A stretch of 64,000 nt of DNA from a virus. Numbering within the stretch: position 1 is the stretch's first letter; the number at the start of each line of letters is the position of its first letter. The translations under genes were made by a program, and so were the position numbers. Positions 19,150 to 29,201 of this stretch are shown here, one piece after another. The stretch lies in IMG/VR virus record IMGVR_UViG_3300022200_000032, positions 1-64,000 of that record. The stretch is one strand, 5' to 3'. The notes below the pieces were generated by a model, which saw only the letters and a program-made list of their open reading frames with translations, ran no database searches and was not told the DNA's origin.

Positions 19150-20446
19150 ATATTCTTATATCCTGTTTTAATATTTCGTCCATCGTAATTGGTTGTGATC
19201 TGATGCTTTCCAGAGTTAAAATTCTTTCTTTGCCCTTGCGCATACCATCCGCATATTCATCTATCCACTGCTCTGCAAGTGTGGGCCTATTTAGTAGTTG
19301 TTCTAGAACATCAATCAACGGCTGTTGATGTTTGTCGGCGTGCGGTTTGATCCGTTCTAACACAGAAGAAACATACGGTCCTAATATGTGTCTTGGCAAA
19401 GAGAGAGGACTCATTACAATGTCCGGGCTAAATGCAAAGGTAACCTTTGCAAGTAACTGTGTATTTAATTCCTTAGATAGCCAGAACATATTTTCTAGTT
19501 CAAAAAGTCCTGGCAATGTTAAAGTAAAGTCCAGTCGCATCTGACGGTCATTGGTTTGTATTGCTTGCGCATCTTTGTAATTTTGCAGCCATTGATCCCA
19601 CTTTAGTCCTGTACGAATATATTCTCCAACTTTGCCTGTGCCATCAATACTTGCACAAATTTGCCAATCACGCAAATGTGCCAAAATATCTGTGTATAAG
19701 TTCAGCCCTTTGTAGTCAACTTGAGATAAGTTTGTGTTATAACGTGCATATACACGATGACCTTGGTTTAATTCTACAATGCGTTGCATTACACGCCAAT
19801 GTTCTTCAAACATAAGTGGCTCGCCGCCCACCCAGTATATTTCTTCTACACGGTTTTCTTCAACGGCATCATATAACTCCTGTGCGGCAGTTTCGGTCTG
19901 GAATTGTTGAATTTGTTTTTTGATATCTGGCTTCATCCAGTTGTTTTTGGGGTCATTCCAGTTAATCATATTGTGCTTGCGTTGTTCTGATTCCCAAGAA
20001 CTAGAAAGCATATCTCCACACATACGGCATTTGAAGTTACACAAATTAGATATACGATAGTCCCAGGAAACAGGACGCATTGTGGTGTGACCCGATTCGT
20101 CTGTGGTTTCCCAGATACGATCGTAATGATGAGATGTTAAATGCCAAAAATAACTACGATACACGTCTGTGTTCAATAACTTATGATTGCATACCTGACA
20201 TTCATCAGGTATTTCTCCATTCATCATCTGAACACGCACATCACGTATCTGTTTAGAGTTCCAGTGTTCTTCAAGTGTGCGTGGTTTGTAATCACCAGTG
20301 CCTGATTCAATATCAATATATTGTGTAAAGTTTTGTGCGGGTTCTCTGGATGCACAACAGAGACGGCGCTCTGTTTGTGGCGATAGATATGTGTGCGTCC
20401 AAGGCGCCATACACAGGAATTCTGGTTTTGTATCAGGCTTTCTCAT
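19124..20446 (-). CDS. Radical SAM protein with N-terminal twitch/SPASM-like domain
   Basis: CMAPW..LCC..ECQVC, then CNFKCRMC, GGEP, YNTNLS, ASIDG. Confidence 0.92.
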   Translation of the reverse strand: MRKPDTKPEFLCMAPWTHTYLSPQTERRLCCASREPAQNFTQYIDIESGTGDYKPRTLEEHWNSKQIRDVRVQMMNGEIPDECQVCNHKLLNTDVYRSYFWHLTSHHYDRIWETTDESGHTTMRPVSWDYRISNLCNFKCRMCGDMLSSSWESEQRKHNMINWNDPKNNWMKPDIKKQIQQFQTETAAQELYDAVEENRVEEIYWVGGEPLMFEEHWRVMQRIVELNQGHRVYARYNTNLSQVDYKGLNLYTDILAHLRDWQICASIDGTGKVGEYIRTGLKWDQWLQNYKDAQAIQTNDRQMRLDFTLTLPGLFELENMFWLSKELNTQLLAKVTFAFSPDIVMSPLSLPRHILGPYVSSVLERIKPHADKHQQPLIDVLEQLLNRPTLAEQWIDEYADGMRKGKERILTLESIRSQPITMDEILKQDIRIYEWWQNIR

Positions 20447-21638
20447 ACAAGCAATCTGCTAACTCCGGCAAGTAATCGTGCATAGACTGCCCTCTACGTT
20501 TATCCATACGCAGACTATCTTTGCGCAGAACTTCTGGATCAGTATCCTTGCTATTCATAAAAAACGCAATTTGTTTAAATTCTTTATAGTGACTAGAATT
20601 TACATTGGCACTTAAAAGTCTTTCTGTTGCACGTAGTTTTGCTGTTTTTGGTAGACTTGTAATACAATGCTGCGGTGCGTCATGCAACATGTTCCAATAT
20701 ACAAAGTCAAACCCTTGTATATCAATCCAATTAGCAAGTTCTTCTAAATACATTACATTAAAGACATTAACAGTAGAACAGACTTGTAATGTTATATTGT
20801 CTGAACGCTCACGCAGCTTTTTAAATTGGTCTAAGTTTTTATTAACTGTCTTCCAATCTGCACCATAACGTTGATATTCAAAACGTCTTCCTAGATCATC
20901 GATTGAAAGTGCGATCTCAACATGTTTAAAATGCTTCCAGACTTCGTGCTCTTCTGGAAACAACGTACCATTTGTGTTGTAATGAATTTCAATGTCTTTA
21001 GCATATCCTTCGTCAACTAATCGTTGTAAGTAATCAAAATGAGGTCCGATCATAAATGGTTCGCCGCCAGTGAATTCCAAGTAACGAATATTCTCTGAAT
21101 TGTTGGCAAGACTATCCCAAAATGTTAAACTATTTTTAGGCCAAGCACCTTTGCGATTCATTGTGTAAGCAAAACTTTCTTTGCGTTTTGCCACAGGCAG
21201 TTCTTTTAGTTCTTCGCCAGCGTAAGTTGAAGAACTCCACGATCCGCAAATGCGGCAAGCGATGTTACAAATGTTTCCTAATTTTAAATCTAGAAACTTT
21301 AGAGGTTTAGGATGAGTGGACCACTCTGTTTCTTCTTTAAGTATATCCTTTAATCTGTCTAACGTATGCATACGCTTAGACGTTCTGTTGGCGTCCTCTT
21401 CTGCCCAGCAACGTCGGCATTCTGCAGGCTGTTTACCTTCTAAAAATGCGGTTCGCAATTGATACATATACTCAGAATTTTGTACTTCTGTTAAATTAGT
21501 TTTAGTTAAATCAAACTTAACAGATTGGCTGTCAACTACCTCTCCATCATACATACAACACGGGCGTACAGTTCCAATCGGGCTAGTTTCTAAACTAATC
21601 CAAGGCAATATGCAAAATTTGTTATGTGGTAGATTCAT
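20433..21638 (-). CDS. Radical SAM protein with N-terminal twitch/SPASM-like domain
   Basis: CILPW..PCC..ECRRC, CNIACRIC, GGEP, YNTNGT; start moved to 21638 (ATGA overlap). Confidence 0.92.
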   Translation of the reverse strand: MNLPHNKFCILPWISLETSPIGTVRPCCMYDGEVVDSQSVKFDLTKTNLTEVQNSEYMYQLRTAFLEGKQPAECRRCWAEEDANRTSKRMHTLDRLKDILKEETEWSTHPKPLKFLDLKLGNICNIACRICGSWSSSTYAGEELKELPVAKRKESFAYTMNRKGAWPKNSLTFWDSLANNSENIRYLEFTGGEPFMIGPHFDYLQRLVDEGYAKDIEIHYNTNGTLFPEEHEVWKHFKHVEIALSIDDLGRRFEYQRYGADWKTVNKNLDQFKKLRERSDNITLQVCSTVNVFNVMYLEELANWIDIQGFDFVYWNMLHDAPQHCITSLPKTAKLRATERLLSANVNSSHYKEFKQIAFFMNSKDTDPEVLRKDSLRMDKRRGQSMHDYLPELADCLYEKA

Positions 21639-22603
21639 GGTTTCGCACCTATTATTTCTTTGAAATAAATCCATAGAGATTTTTCTTCATCTGATAGACT
21701 TTCTACTCTATTATAAACAATCTTGACATCAGACGCAATGCCCAATTGAATTATTTTTTTAATAATATCAATATTGCCATGTCCTCTAAATTCGATAACC
21801 CGAACATGATCCAGATGTCCATTCAGATATTCATCCCAGTTAACCTTTTCGTGATATTTTAAATCCAAAATATGCAATTGGTTTTTTTCTTTGGTCCATC
21901 GAGATCCCAATAATATATCTTCATACGTTACTACACTATCCAGAGTATCTGATCGTTTGCTTGGCTTACCATTTTGCTCATCATCCCAACATTTTGAACA
22001 CGCGATCGGTTTTTTGCCTTGTACAAATTGTTGTCTTAAATTCATCATATAATCTGAATCTAAAACTTCATTTAAAGAATGCTCATGTATATTAAAATTC
22101 CCAATGGTATCATTGGATCCGCAGCAAACCTGAAATTTTCCATCCCTGGTGATCACTATACCAATCCAAGGAAAAACGCAAAACGCATCACTGTTAGGGA
22201 AATTGTATTTGTCGTGGCAGTGTAATGTCTTTTTTTGTAAAGGATGGCCCGATACAATCTTGTTATCTTTAAAATAATTCATTGGCGTCGGATCATAACT
22301 AATCACACGTGTAACATCAATAATTTCCTGTGCGATGTTAGCACTGTTGCTTACTATTATCACAAAACAATTACTTATATCTGCTATGTTTAGTGCTTCT
22401 TGTATTCTGGACAAATGATCACCATAATCAGATATTTCATATTTTTCTTCTGGTATGAAAAACACTAACCTGTCGGTAGGACCATAATAATCTTTGCGGC
22501 TTTGTTTAACAATAGAATTCAAACGTCTAATATTTGCATCAACAACACAGGCAAAAACAACATTATAATCTTCGCTGATATGTTTGAGTACGTTATTATT
22601 CAT
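21635..22603 (-). CDS. Degenerate radical SAM homolog: accessory N-domain plus twitch domain, CxxxCxxC absent
   Basis: CVFPW..VCC..ACSKC kept; ILDLK runs into W..YL..VIEFRGHG without the cluster motif or GGEP. Confidence 0.75.
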   Translation of the reverse strand: MNNNVLKHISEDYNVVFACVVDANIRRLNSIVKQSRKDYYGPTDRLVFFIPEEKYEISDYGDHLSRIQEALNIADISNCFVIIVSNSANIAQEIIDVTRVISYDPTPMNYFKDNKIVSGHPLQKKTLHCHDKYNFPNSDAFCVFPWIGIVITRDGKFQVCCGSNDTIGNFNIHEHSLNEVLDSDYMMNLRQQFVQGKKPIACSKCWDDEQNGKPSKRSDTLDSVVTYEDILLGSRWTKEKNQLHILDLKYHEKVNWDEYLNGHLDHVRVIEFRGHGNIDIIKKIIQLGIASDVKIVYNRVESLSDEEKSLWIYFKEIIGAKP

Positions 22604-24257
22604 TTAACAATAATGCCTCTAACTCAGGAATATGATCTAAAATATTTTCTTTACGTATGACATCCAGTTGATGTGTTTTATCCCAAAACTTTTGTAACAA
22701 ATAAGTTTTATCACACGATAGCATGTTTATTGCTGACATGAATCCATTGGTTGCCCTACGTAAATGATCATTAGGCTCTAACCATTCCAGATGTGCCACG
22801 AACGATTTTCTTATTTTTTCTTTATATGCAGGAGTAGCAATATCAATTCGGTAGAACAGAGGATCTTGCAAAATGTTAACATTAAAATCTTGTGGCTTAA
22901 TAAATCCTTTTTCTACCCAATTTTTATGAAAATCTGTGATGTGTAATGCATTCATAATGCTTAATGTAGGACTAACATAAAAATCTACATGGGGACACAT
23001 TTCCATCATTAATTGTCTATTCTGTTCTACATCTTGCCACTTTGTTCCTGAACGAATATATTCTGCATGTTTTCCCATTCCATCAAGACTTGCACCGACA
23101 GCAACGTTCGAAAAATGTTGCCATTGTTCAAACGCATGCTTGTCTTTGAGTTTGACTTGTGTGAAATTTGTATTATATATTAACCTAACATCAGTCATAT
23201 TGCGTTTAATAAGTTCGTCAAGTATAATATAATGTTCTTCCATGACCAGAGGCTCGCCTCCCGCAAAATAAATCTGTTCTACGCAATCAATATGTTCTAA
23301 CAATTGTTCGAGCATGTCTGTCTCGTAACGACCAGCATATACTTTTGGTTTATTATTGCTTGCCCATTCTGGACCTGCCAAAAGGGCTTGATCCTTGTAC
23401 CATTGACTACTGAAAATATGACCACAGCTACGGCATTTCAAATTACACAAATTACTAAATCGTATATCCCAATATGCCAGTTCAAATTTCTCGTACGTTC
23501 CATCTGGTTGTGTTTCTAAAACACGTTCGATTAGATGTCCGTGATGCTTATTTGCACTCTGTCTTCCAGAAAAGAAGCCATAACCCTCTTCTTCATAACA
23601 TCTGGAGCAAGCAACACTTTCTTTATCACGTAACATGTTCAAACGTAATTCTTTCATTGCGTTTGAATTCCAAATTTCCTCCAGTGTATTGTCTCTGCAA
23701 TTTCCTACTGTTCCTGCTGGGTCTGCCATACAACATGGCATGGCCTCTCCAGTTGGATAAGCATGTAAATGAATCCAAGGATATATGCAAAATACTTTGC
23801 TATCAGTAAGTAAATATTTTTCTTTATCAGAAATATTTTCAAGTGAAATTTTCAAAGGATTGATTGATCCATATGCGTATGCTTCTTTTTTACTAGATGG
23901 ATGCAGTTGTAAAATTTTTCTTTCAAAATCACCATCTACAATTTTGTAAGAAATTGGCACTGGATCATGACTAATTTGTTGTAATAATGTTAATTCATGT
24001 GCAATATGTGTATTTGTTGATTCTATTATGACGAACGCATTGCTGATATCAACTTCGTTAAGAATTGTTTGTATATTACGCAACACTAGTCCAAGATTAG
24101 ACTTTTTAACATACATATCCCCAGTATGTTTCAAAATAATTCTTTCTTCAGGCTGGTATACTTCTTTGTAAATTTCTCGCAATTGTTGTTCAAATTTTTG
24201 CTGGGAACGTTGGTATGTTTCGTTCATCCAATAACTCAACTCAATTTCATAAATCAT
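22596..24257 (-). CDS. Radical SAM protein with accessory N-domain and twitch domain
   Basis: CIYPW..PCC..ACSRC, CNLKCRSC, GGEP, YNTNFT, ASLDG; likely start MIYEIEL at 24257. Confidence 0.92.
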   Translation of the reverse strand: MIYEIELSYWMNETYQRSQQKFEQQLREIYKEVYQPEERIILKHTGDMYVKKSNLGLVLRNIQTILNEVDISNAFVIIESTNTHIAHELTLLQQISHDPVPISYKIVDGDFERKILQLHPSSKKEAYAYGSINPLKISLENISDKEKYLLTDSKVFCIYPWIHLHAYPTGEAMPCCMADPAGTVGNCRDNTLEEIWNSNAMKELRLNMLRDKESVACSRCYEEEGYGFFSGRQSANKHHGHLIERVLETQPDGTYEKFELAYWDIRFSNLCNLKCRSCGHIFSSQWYKDQALLAGPEWASNNKPKVYAGRYETDMLEQLLEHIDCVEQIYFAGGEPLVMEEHYIILDELIKRNMTDVRLIYNTNFTQVKLKDKHAFEQWQHFSNVAVGASLDGMGKHAEYIRSGTKWQDVEQNRQLMMEMCPHVDFYVSPTLSIMNALHITDFHKNWVEKGFIKPQDFNVNILQDPLFYRIDIATPAYKEKIRKSFVAHLEWLEPNDHLRRATNGFMSAINMLSCDKTYLLQKFWDKTHQLDVIRKENILDHIPELEALLLNE

Positions 24258-25605
24258 TATACCATGCTCCAATGTGTGCAAATGTATCAGTTATACTCTT
24301 TCCACGTCGACGATCATACTGTGCATAAAATTTCTTAAAATCGTTGTGTAATGCTGACATATCAAATGTGTCCGAATGCGGTGTCTTAACTACATCCAGA
24401 TAATCAATTAACCGCTGTACTTGGTTAATTTCCATTTCGTGCAACAGTATGTTTTTATATGCGTGTTCTTCTAACCAAGTGTCTAATTTATCTGCATAAT
24501 CCATACGTAGATCTTCTGGCAACACCAACGGTGACTGAAAACTCGGAAAACGTAATATGTTTAATGTGAAAGTTGGATAATTTTTTCCGTATTGCTTTTT
24601 TAATTCTAACATCCAATCCAAAAACTCAGTCAATGATTCTAAACACAACGCATTAATAGTACACATAACATGAAATCCATTTACGCTACCTTCTGTAATA
24701 ACACGATGTACGTTACGCTCCCATTGTTCCCAATTTAACCCATCACGTATATATTCTGCATGAGCACTCATGCTTTCTTGCGACGTGTATAACTGGAAAT
24801 CTTTAATGTTGTGACTTGCTTCAATTAACTTATCAATCTTTTCATCTTCGATTCCAAGATTAGAGTTAAGTGCAAACGACACTTCTGATTCATTATTAAT
24901 ATACCAATCAATGAGTCGCATAGTATGCGGGCTCATCATTGGCTCGCCACCAGTTAATCGTAATTCTTGTAACGTTTTATGTAAGTCCGATTCCCACCAT
25001 TTAAAGAATGCTTCTACGTAGGGATTTTCTTCTTTGGGTTTAAACAACTGTGCTGAATCGTGTGTGTGGGTGAAATGGTTACGCCCATCTGATATTAGAT
25101 CTGTGTAAGGTCCGTTCTTTTTCAAATCCGTTACCCAACTTGTACTGAATGCTGGATTGCAGTATGAACACGAAAATTGACACGTCCTGTCAAATGCAAT
25201 TTCTAATGTTTTTAAGTCAATATCTGTTTCAGGATTTGCTGCCATTGCTGTAACAACATCCCACTCATCGTAGATCACAGTTTTATAAACACGATCTGAA
25301 ATGTTGTCGCGGCCGATATCTTCAATTTTCCAGCAATATTCACAACCCGCCGGACGTTCTGAATGCTGCATCATACGGCGTTCATCTTTCTTTTTGCGTG
25401 TATTGTGTAGCGCCTTCGGATTAGCAGTTACTTCATCAACACTCACATGATGCGGAAGTGGATGATGACAACTCGTGGTCATACCAGATCCTAACCAAAT
25501 GGTAGCATTATACCATTTAGCCGCACAAAAACTTGTACTGAACTCATCTATCCATTTTTTAATTTCAAGATCCGTTTCTCGACCTGGTTTACGCAATTTA
25601 CTCAT
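24247..25605 (-). CDS. Radical SAM protein with N-terminal twitch-like domain (CxAKW subtype)
   Basis: FCAAKW..SCHHP..GCEYCW, CQFSCSYC, TGGEP, NSNLG. Confidence 0.92.
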   Translation of the reverse strand: MSKLRKPGRETDLEIKKWIDEFSTSFCAAKWYNATIWLGSGMTTSCHHPLPHHVSVDEVTANPKALHNTRKKKDERRMMQHSERPAGCEYCWKIEDIGRDNISDRVYKTVIYDEWDVVTAMAANPETDIDLKTLEIAFDRTCQFSCSYCNPAFSTSWVTDLKKNGPYTDLISDGRNHFTHTHDSAQLFKPKEENPYVEAFFKWWESDLHKTLQELRLTGGEPMMSPHTMRLIDWYINNESEVSFALNSNLGIEDEKIDKLIEASHNIKDFQLYTSQESMSAHAEYIRDGLNWEQWERNVHRVITEGSVNGFHVMCTINALCLESLTEFLDWMLELKKQYGKNYPTFTLNILRFPSFQSPLVLPEDLRMDYADKLDTWLEEHAYKNILLHEMEINQVQRLIDYLDVVKTPHSDTFDMSALHNDFKKFYAQYDRRRGKSITDTFAHIGAWYNDL

Positions 25606-25614
25606 ATGTTTTAC

Positions 25615-27036
25615 TTAATTAGACTGTGATTGTTGTGCAAAATATTTGCACTCGTTCCACCAGGTAGACATTTCTGGAAAAGTTTTCAAAAAATTAAACT
25701 CGTGTCGTCTGTCGTATTCGTTGAAGAAACGATAAAAATCTGCCTTATTTTGTTCTAGATTTTCAGCAGGCTGGCGCATCCATGCGATATCTCTATCCAT
25801 TCGATTAATTTCGTAATCTTTAAACCCTTTAAACCGTGTATCTGGAGTTTCACAATGCTCGATCATCCAGGTCATCAATTCTTCCAATCTATCTGCATAC
25901 ATATCTGGGAGTAAACGCATACTTTGCCAATTGGGCGTGTGTAATACAGGGGTATCAAACCACACACGCTGATATGTGTCTGAGTAAACCTGCCTTAATC
26001 CGTGTATAGCAGGAATGAGTTTATCCAGACTGGTAATCGATAAGTTATTCATAGTGATGATAAACGTTAGACTACTTCTATACGGTACTTCTGTTAAAAA
26101 TTGATTAACCCGATCCCACATTAAATCAAAATTTAGCCCTGCTCGCATATATTCTGCTTGCTTTCCGAATCCGTCAAGTGACACGTACTGCATAAAATGC
26201 TCAACATTTTCGCCATCATTGCAAATACGCTTAACATAATCTAGATACTTGTTCCATAGTTTCTGTTCTACAGATAAGTTAGATGTCACGTTAATATGCA
26301 AGTCAGGTTTTGGATTTTCTAATACATAATCAAATACGCGATATGTATTTTTATCCATTAAAGGTTCGCCACCAGTCATACGGAAGTGTTTTAGGTCTTT
26401 ATATAATTCTGGCCACCATTCCCAGAATGCTTCTACATACGGGTTATATTCAGAATGCGGAATAGGTCTACGGTCGCCTTGGAAATAAGCAGGATCGTTG
26501 TGCGGTTGGCTTGTAGGATAGGCGCCATATTCTTTTGCTTGACGCATCCACGAGCTGCTAAATTGAGGTGAACAATAACTACACTCTAAATTACAAGCAG
26601 AGTTGAAGTTCACTTCAACATACGCAGGATTAGTGTCTGCCATTGGGTCAGACACAACCTCATCAAACTTTTCAATAGCCCACGGTTCTCCCGAACGGTA
26701 GTGTCTATCAGAAAGTTTTCCGTTGTCTTCCATTGCCCAGCAATAAAAGCACTCCTCGGGTCTCCTCCCCTCCATCATGTGTTTGCGTTGTAGTTTTTTA
26801 TAATCGGTGTTATGCAACTTACTGGGATTTCCAGTAAGTTCATCTACAGGAATTTTATGCAATGGCGGATGATAACATGAGTTATTCATGCCATTAGTTA
26901 GATGTAATGAAACTTGTTTCCATTTAGCCAAACAAAAGCTCGGACTCACAGTATCTAGCTTTTGTTGTGCTATTTCAGCATCAGATAAGAACTTTGATTT
27001 AAAATCCTTGTCTACCTCATCACCTTTGTTTTGCAT
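25615..27036 (-). CDS. Radical SAM protein with N-terminal twitch-like domain (CxAKW subtype)
   Basis: FCLAKW..SCYHP..ECFYCW, CNLECSYC, TGGEP, TSNLS, VSLDG. Confidence 0.92.
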   Translation of the reverse strand: MQNKGDEVDKDFKSKFLSDAEIAQQKLDTVSPSFCLAKWKQVSLHLTNGMNNSCYHPPLHKIPVDELTGNPSKLHNTDYKKLQRKHMMEGRRPEECFYCWAMEDNGKLSDRHYRSGEPWAIEKFDEVVSDPMADTNPAYVEVNFNSACNLECSYCSPQFSSSWMRQAKEYGAYPTSQPHNDPAYFQGDRRPIPHSEYNPYVEAFWEWWPELYKDLKHFRMTGGEPLMDKNTYRVFDYVLENPKPDLHINVTSNLSVEQKLWNKYLDYVKRICNDGENVEHFMQYVSLDGFGKQAEYMRAGLNFDLMWDRVNQFLTEVPYRSSLTFIITMNNLSITSLDKLIPAIHGLRQVYSDTYQRVWFDTPVLHTPNWQSMRLLPDMYADRLEELMTWMIEHCETPDTRFKGFKDYEINRMDRDIAWMRQPAENLEQNKADFYRFFNEYDRRHEFNFLKTFPEMSTWWNECKYFAQQSQSN

Positions 27037-27045
27037 AATGGTATA

Positions 27046-28209
27046 TCAGAGATATTTGTTGGGGCCTGATCCATCACGATGTAAATCATTCGTAATACAG
27101 TGAATACCAGCATCCCAAAAATATTTGTGTCTAAATGGCGATACATGGACCTCAACTCCGTGTCTTGCGCATGCCTCTTCAACTTGGTCATTATGTGCTG
27201 ATACAATTACATTCTTTTGATCTATCACTAGCATGTTTACATCAAATACAGTTTCATGTACTTCCCCAACCCATTCATCAAAATAATGGTCTACCATTGC
27301 TGTCATGTTAGGATCTTTTTCAAAACCTGGAAAGAACCAACGACCTTTATTGCGCTTCATTGAAAATTCAAATTCACGCATATGAGCGTAATTTGAATCT
27401 GGCAAATATACAACTTCCCAATCTGGGAAGGTATCTTTATATGTTGGAATATCATGTAAACTAATAATTAAACCAGGTGTTACTGGACAATATACAGCGT
27501 CACCGTGACCACCTGCATTTACGATCTTATTAGTGGTATTAGGGAAATACTCGTTAACCTGATCGAGCAATGTTTTCTTATCATCATGAAATGTTTGTGT
27601 TGCAAACATCAAGTCTTGTCCCAGTCGGCTAACAAAGCATCCATTGATAAAATCTAGATCAGTATACTCAATAGTATTACTGTTATTTCTTAAATCATCA
27701 AAAATATGATCATAGAATTTTAATTTGGCATCCAGATGATTCTGATCAAATTTTTGAAATTGTTCAAATTTCGCACGGACTTCATCAGCAAATTGTGGCC
27801 AGTCATTATAGAAATCTAATGGACGAACATAATCTGGCCAGTATTCTTGTTTATTTTGTCTGTAAAAAACTGACCAGGCATGACTGCCATTGGGTATTTT
27901 GGGTACCCAAAATTTGTCCCCAATCATGATAAAGTAATCACGAGGTGCGGTCGGTGGCTGCACCCACTTACCATCAATATAAAGTTCATTCATATTTTCT
28001 GGAAATTCTGGACGCACAGTTCGTACACCGAACTTGCCTTCTAGTAATTTAATTAAGTTTTGGTAATCTTCTTCTGTTTCTTCTGCTAATTTTTCAAAAA
28101 TACCCCGTGTTTGGGTATTTTCAATCCAAGAATAAAACTCTGGTGGGTAAGTCTTCCCTACCATGCAATATTTCAAAGGATCCCAGTGTTGATATACTGA
28201 ATATGACAT
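27046..28209 (-). CDS. Amidinotransferase, second paralog
   Basis: WDPLKYCMVG, PRD, GHGD, FDVNMLVID, AGIHCITND. Confidence 0.85.
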   Translation of the reverse strand: MSYSVYQHWDPLKYCMVGKTYPPEFYSWIENTQTRGIFEKLAEETEEDYQNLIKLLEGKFGVRTVRPEFPENMNELYIDGKWVQPPTAPRDYFIMIGDKFWVPKIPNGSHAWSVFYRQNKQEYWPDYVRPLDFYNDWPQFADEVRAKFEQFQKFDQNHLDAKLKFYDHIFDDLRNNSNTIEYTDLDFINGCFVSRLGQDLMFATQTFHDDKKTLLDQVNEYFPNTTNKIVNAGGHGDAVYCPVTPGLIISLHDIPTYKDTFPDWEVVYLPDSNYAHMREFEFSMKRNKGRWFFPGFEKDPNMTAMVDHYFDEWVGEVHETVFDVNMLVIDQKNVIVSAHNDQVEEACARHGVEVHVSPFRHKYFWDAGIHCITNDLHRDGSGPNKYL

Positions 28210-28286
28210 TAAAGTTTTCTCATTTTATATGTTTCGATGTAATTAGTCAATTGTTGTAGGAGCATAATAATTTTTATTTCCTGTCA

Positions 28287-29201
28287 TCAATGGATAACAT
28301 CTATTTCGCGCACAGTGGCGCCCATGTTGTACCAGTTACTACGATAATGGTGTTTGAAGAATTTACTTGTTGTTTCGTCCATATACATAACAGGCAAGTC
28401 TAAACGTTCTTGCAATGCATGTCCATAATATTCGCTTTGTTCTGCAATTTGATCTGTGTGTACTTGTTCGTCGAAAATACGCTCTAAATTGTCAAACCAC
28501 TGTACTTCAGTATGATCCCAATCCGAAAGCATAGTCATGCACGTTCCCATTCTTGCGCCAAGAATGGCATATTCGCCAAACTCTACATCACGACCAACGT
28601 TCTGCCATACCGTTAAATGATCCATGTTACGCTTGTGAACAGCATCTTTAAATTCTGTTTCTGTTGGTTTGCGTCCGCGGTCTAAACACATTTTAACACC
28701 TTCTCTAAAGCCTGCTCTCCAAGCATGAAATGCTGATCCATTTGGGTATGTTGTAGAATAACAGTCGTGCATTGGCCAATACAATGGATCAAAACAAAAC
28801 TCAACATTTGTATCAGCAGAACCGTCAGATGCTTCGTGAGTTTTCATATTCATAATAAACTCACGTGTCCAGCAACTTAGTCCACCGTTACCGTACATGA
28901 GTCCATTAATATGATTAACTGCCCTCCAACGAAATACAGCTTTCTCATATTCAGGTGTTTTCATTTCCAATTGCAGATTGAAAAATTCTGGGTTTGGCAA
29001 ATTGTCACCATCAATAAGCACAAAACGTTCTGTTGTGCTTGCTTCTGCTGCTGCTTTGTGTGCTGCATCTGATCCTTTTACTCCGTCAACACGAACTGCC
29101 CAGGGCACCATGTTTTTAATTTTTACCCAAAATTCTTCTTTCTGTGGCTCGTCATAGCTCAGGTATACGACGTCCAAATCGGCGATATCAATCAAGTTCA
29201 T
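28287..29201 (-). CDS. Putative GT-A fold glycosyltransferase
   Basis: LDVVYLSYDE, VRVDGVKG..AAHKAA, FVLIDGD (DxD); likely start MNLID at 29201. Confidence 0.65.
   Translation of the reverse strand: MNLIDIADLDVVYLSYDEPQKEEFWVKIKNMVPWAVRVDGVKGSDAAHKAAAEASTTERFVLIDGDNLPNPEFFNLQLEMKTPEYEKAVFRWRAVNHINGLMYGNGGLSCWTREFIMNMKTHEASDGSADTNVEFCFDPLYWPMHDCYSTTYPNGSAFHAWRAGFREGVKMCLDRGRKPTETEFKDAVHKRNMDHLTVWQNVGRDVEFGEYAILGARMGTCMTMLSDWDHTEVQWFDNLERIFDEQVHTDQIAEQSEYYGHALQERLDLPVMYMDETTSKFFKHHYRSNWYNMGATVREIDVIH

Noticed and set aside
17960-27036. RiPP cluster (radical SAM/SPASM plus precursor peptide)
   Set aside because: No RRE/PqqD domain, protease or transporter recognised, and all neighbours are sugar enzymes; kept only as a minor alternative.
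28281-28289. Stop-codon reassignment suggested by TGA-TGA followed by open frame
   Set aside because: Genes are full-length under the standard code across the window and TGA is used repeatedly as a true stop in ATGA overlaps.
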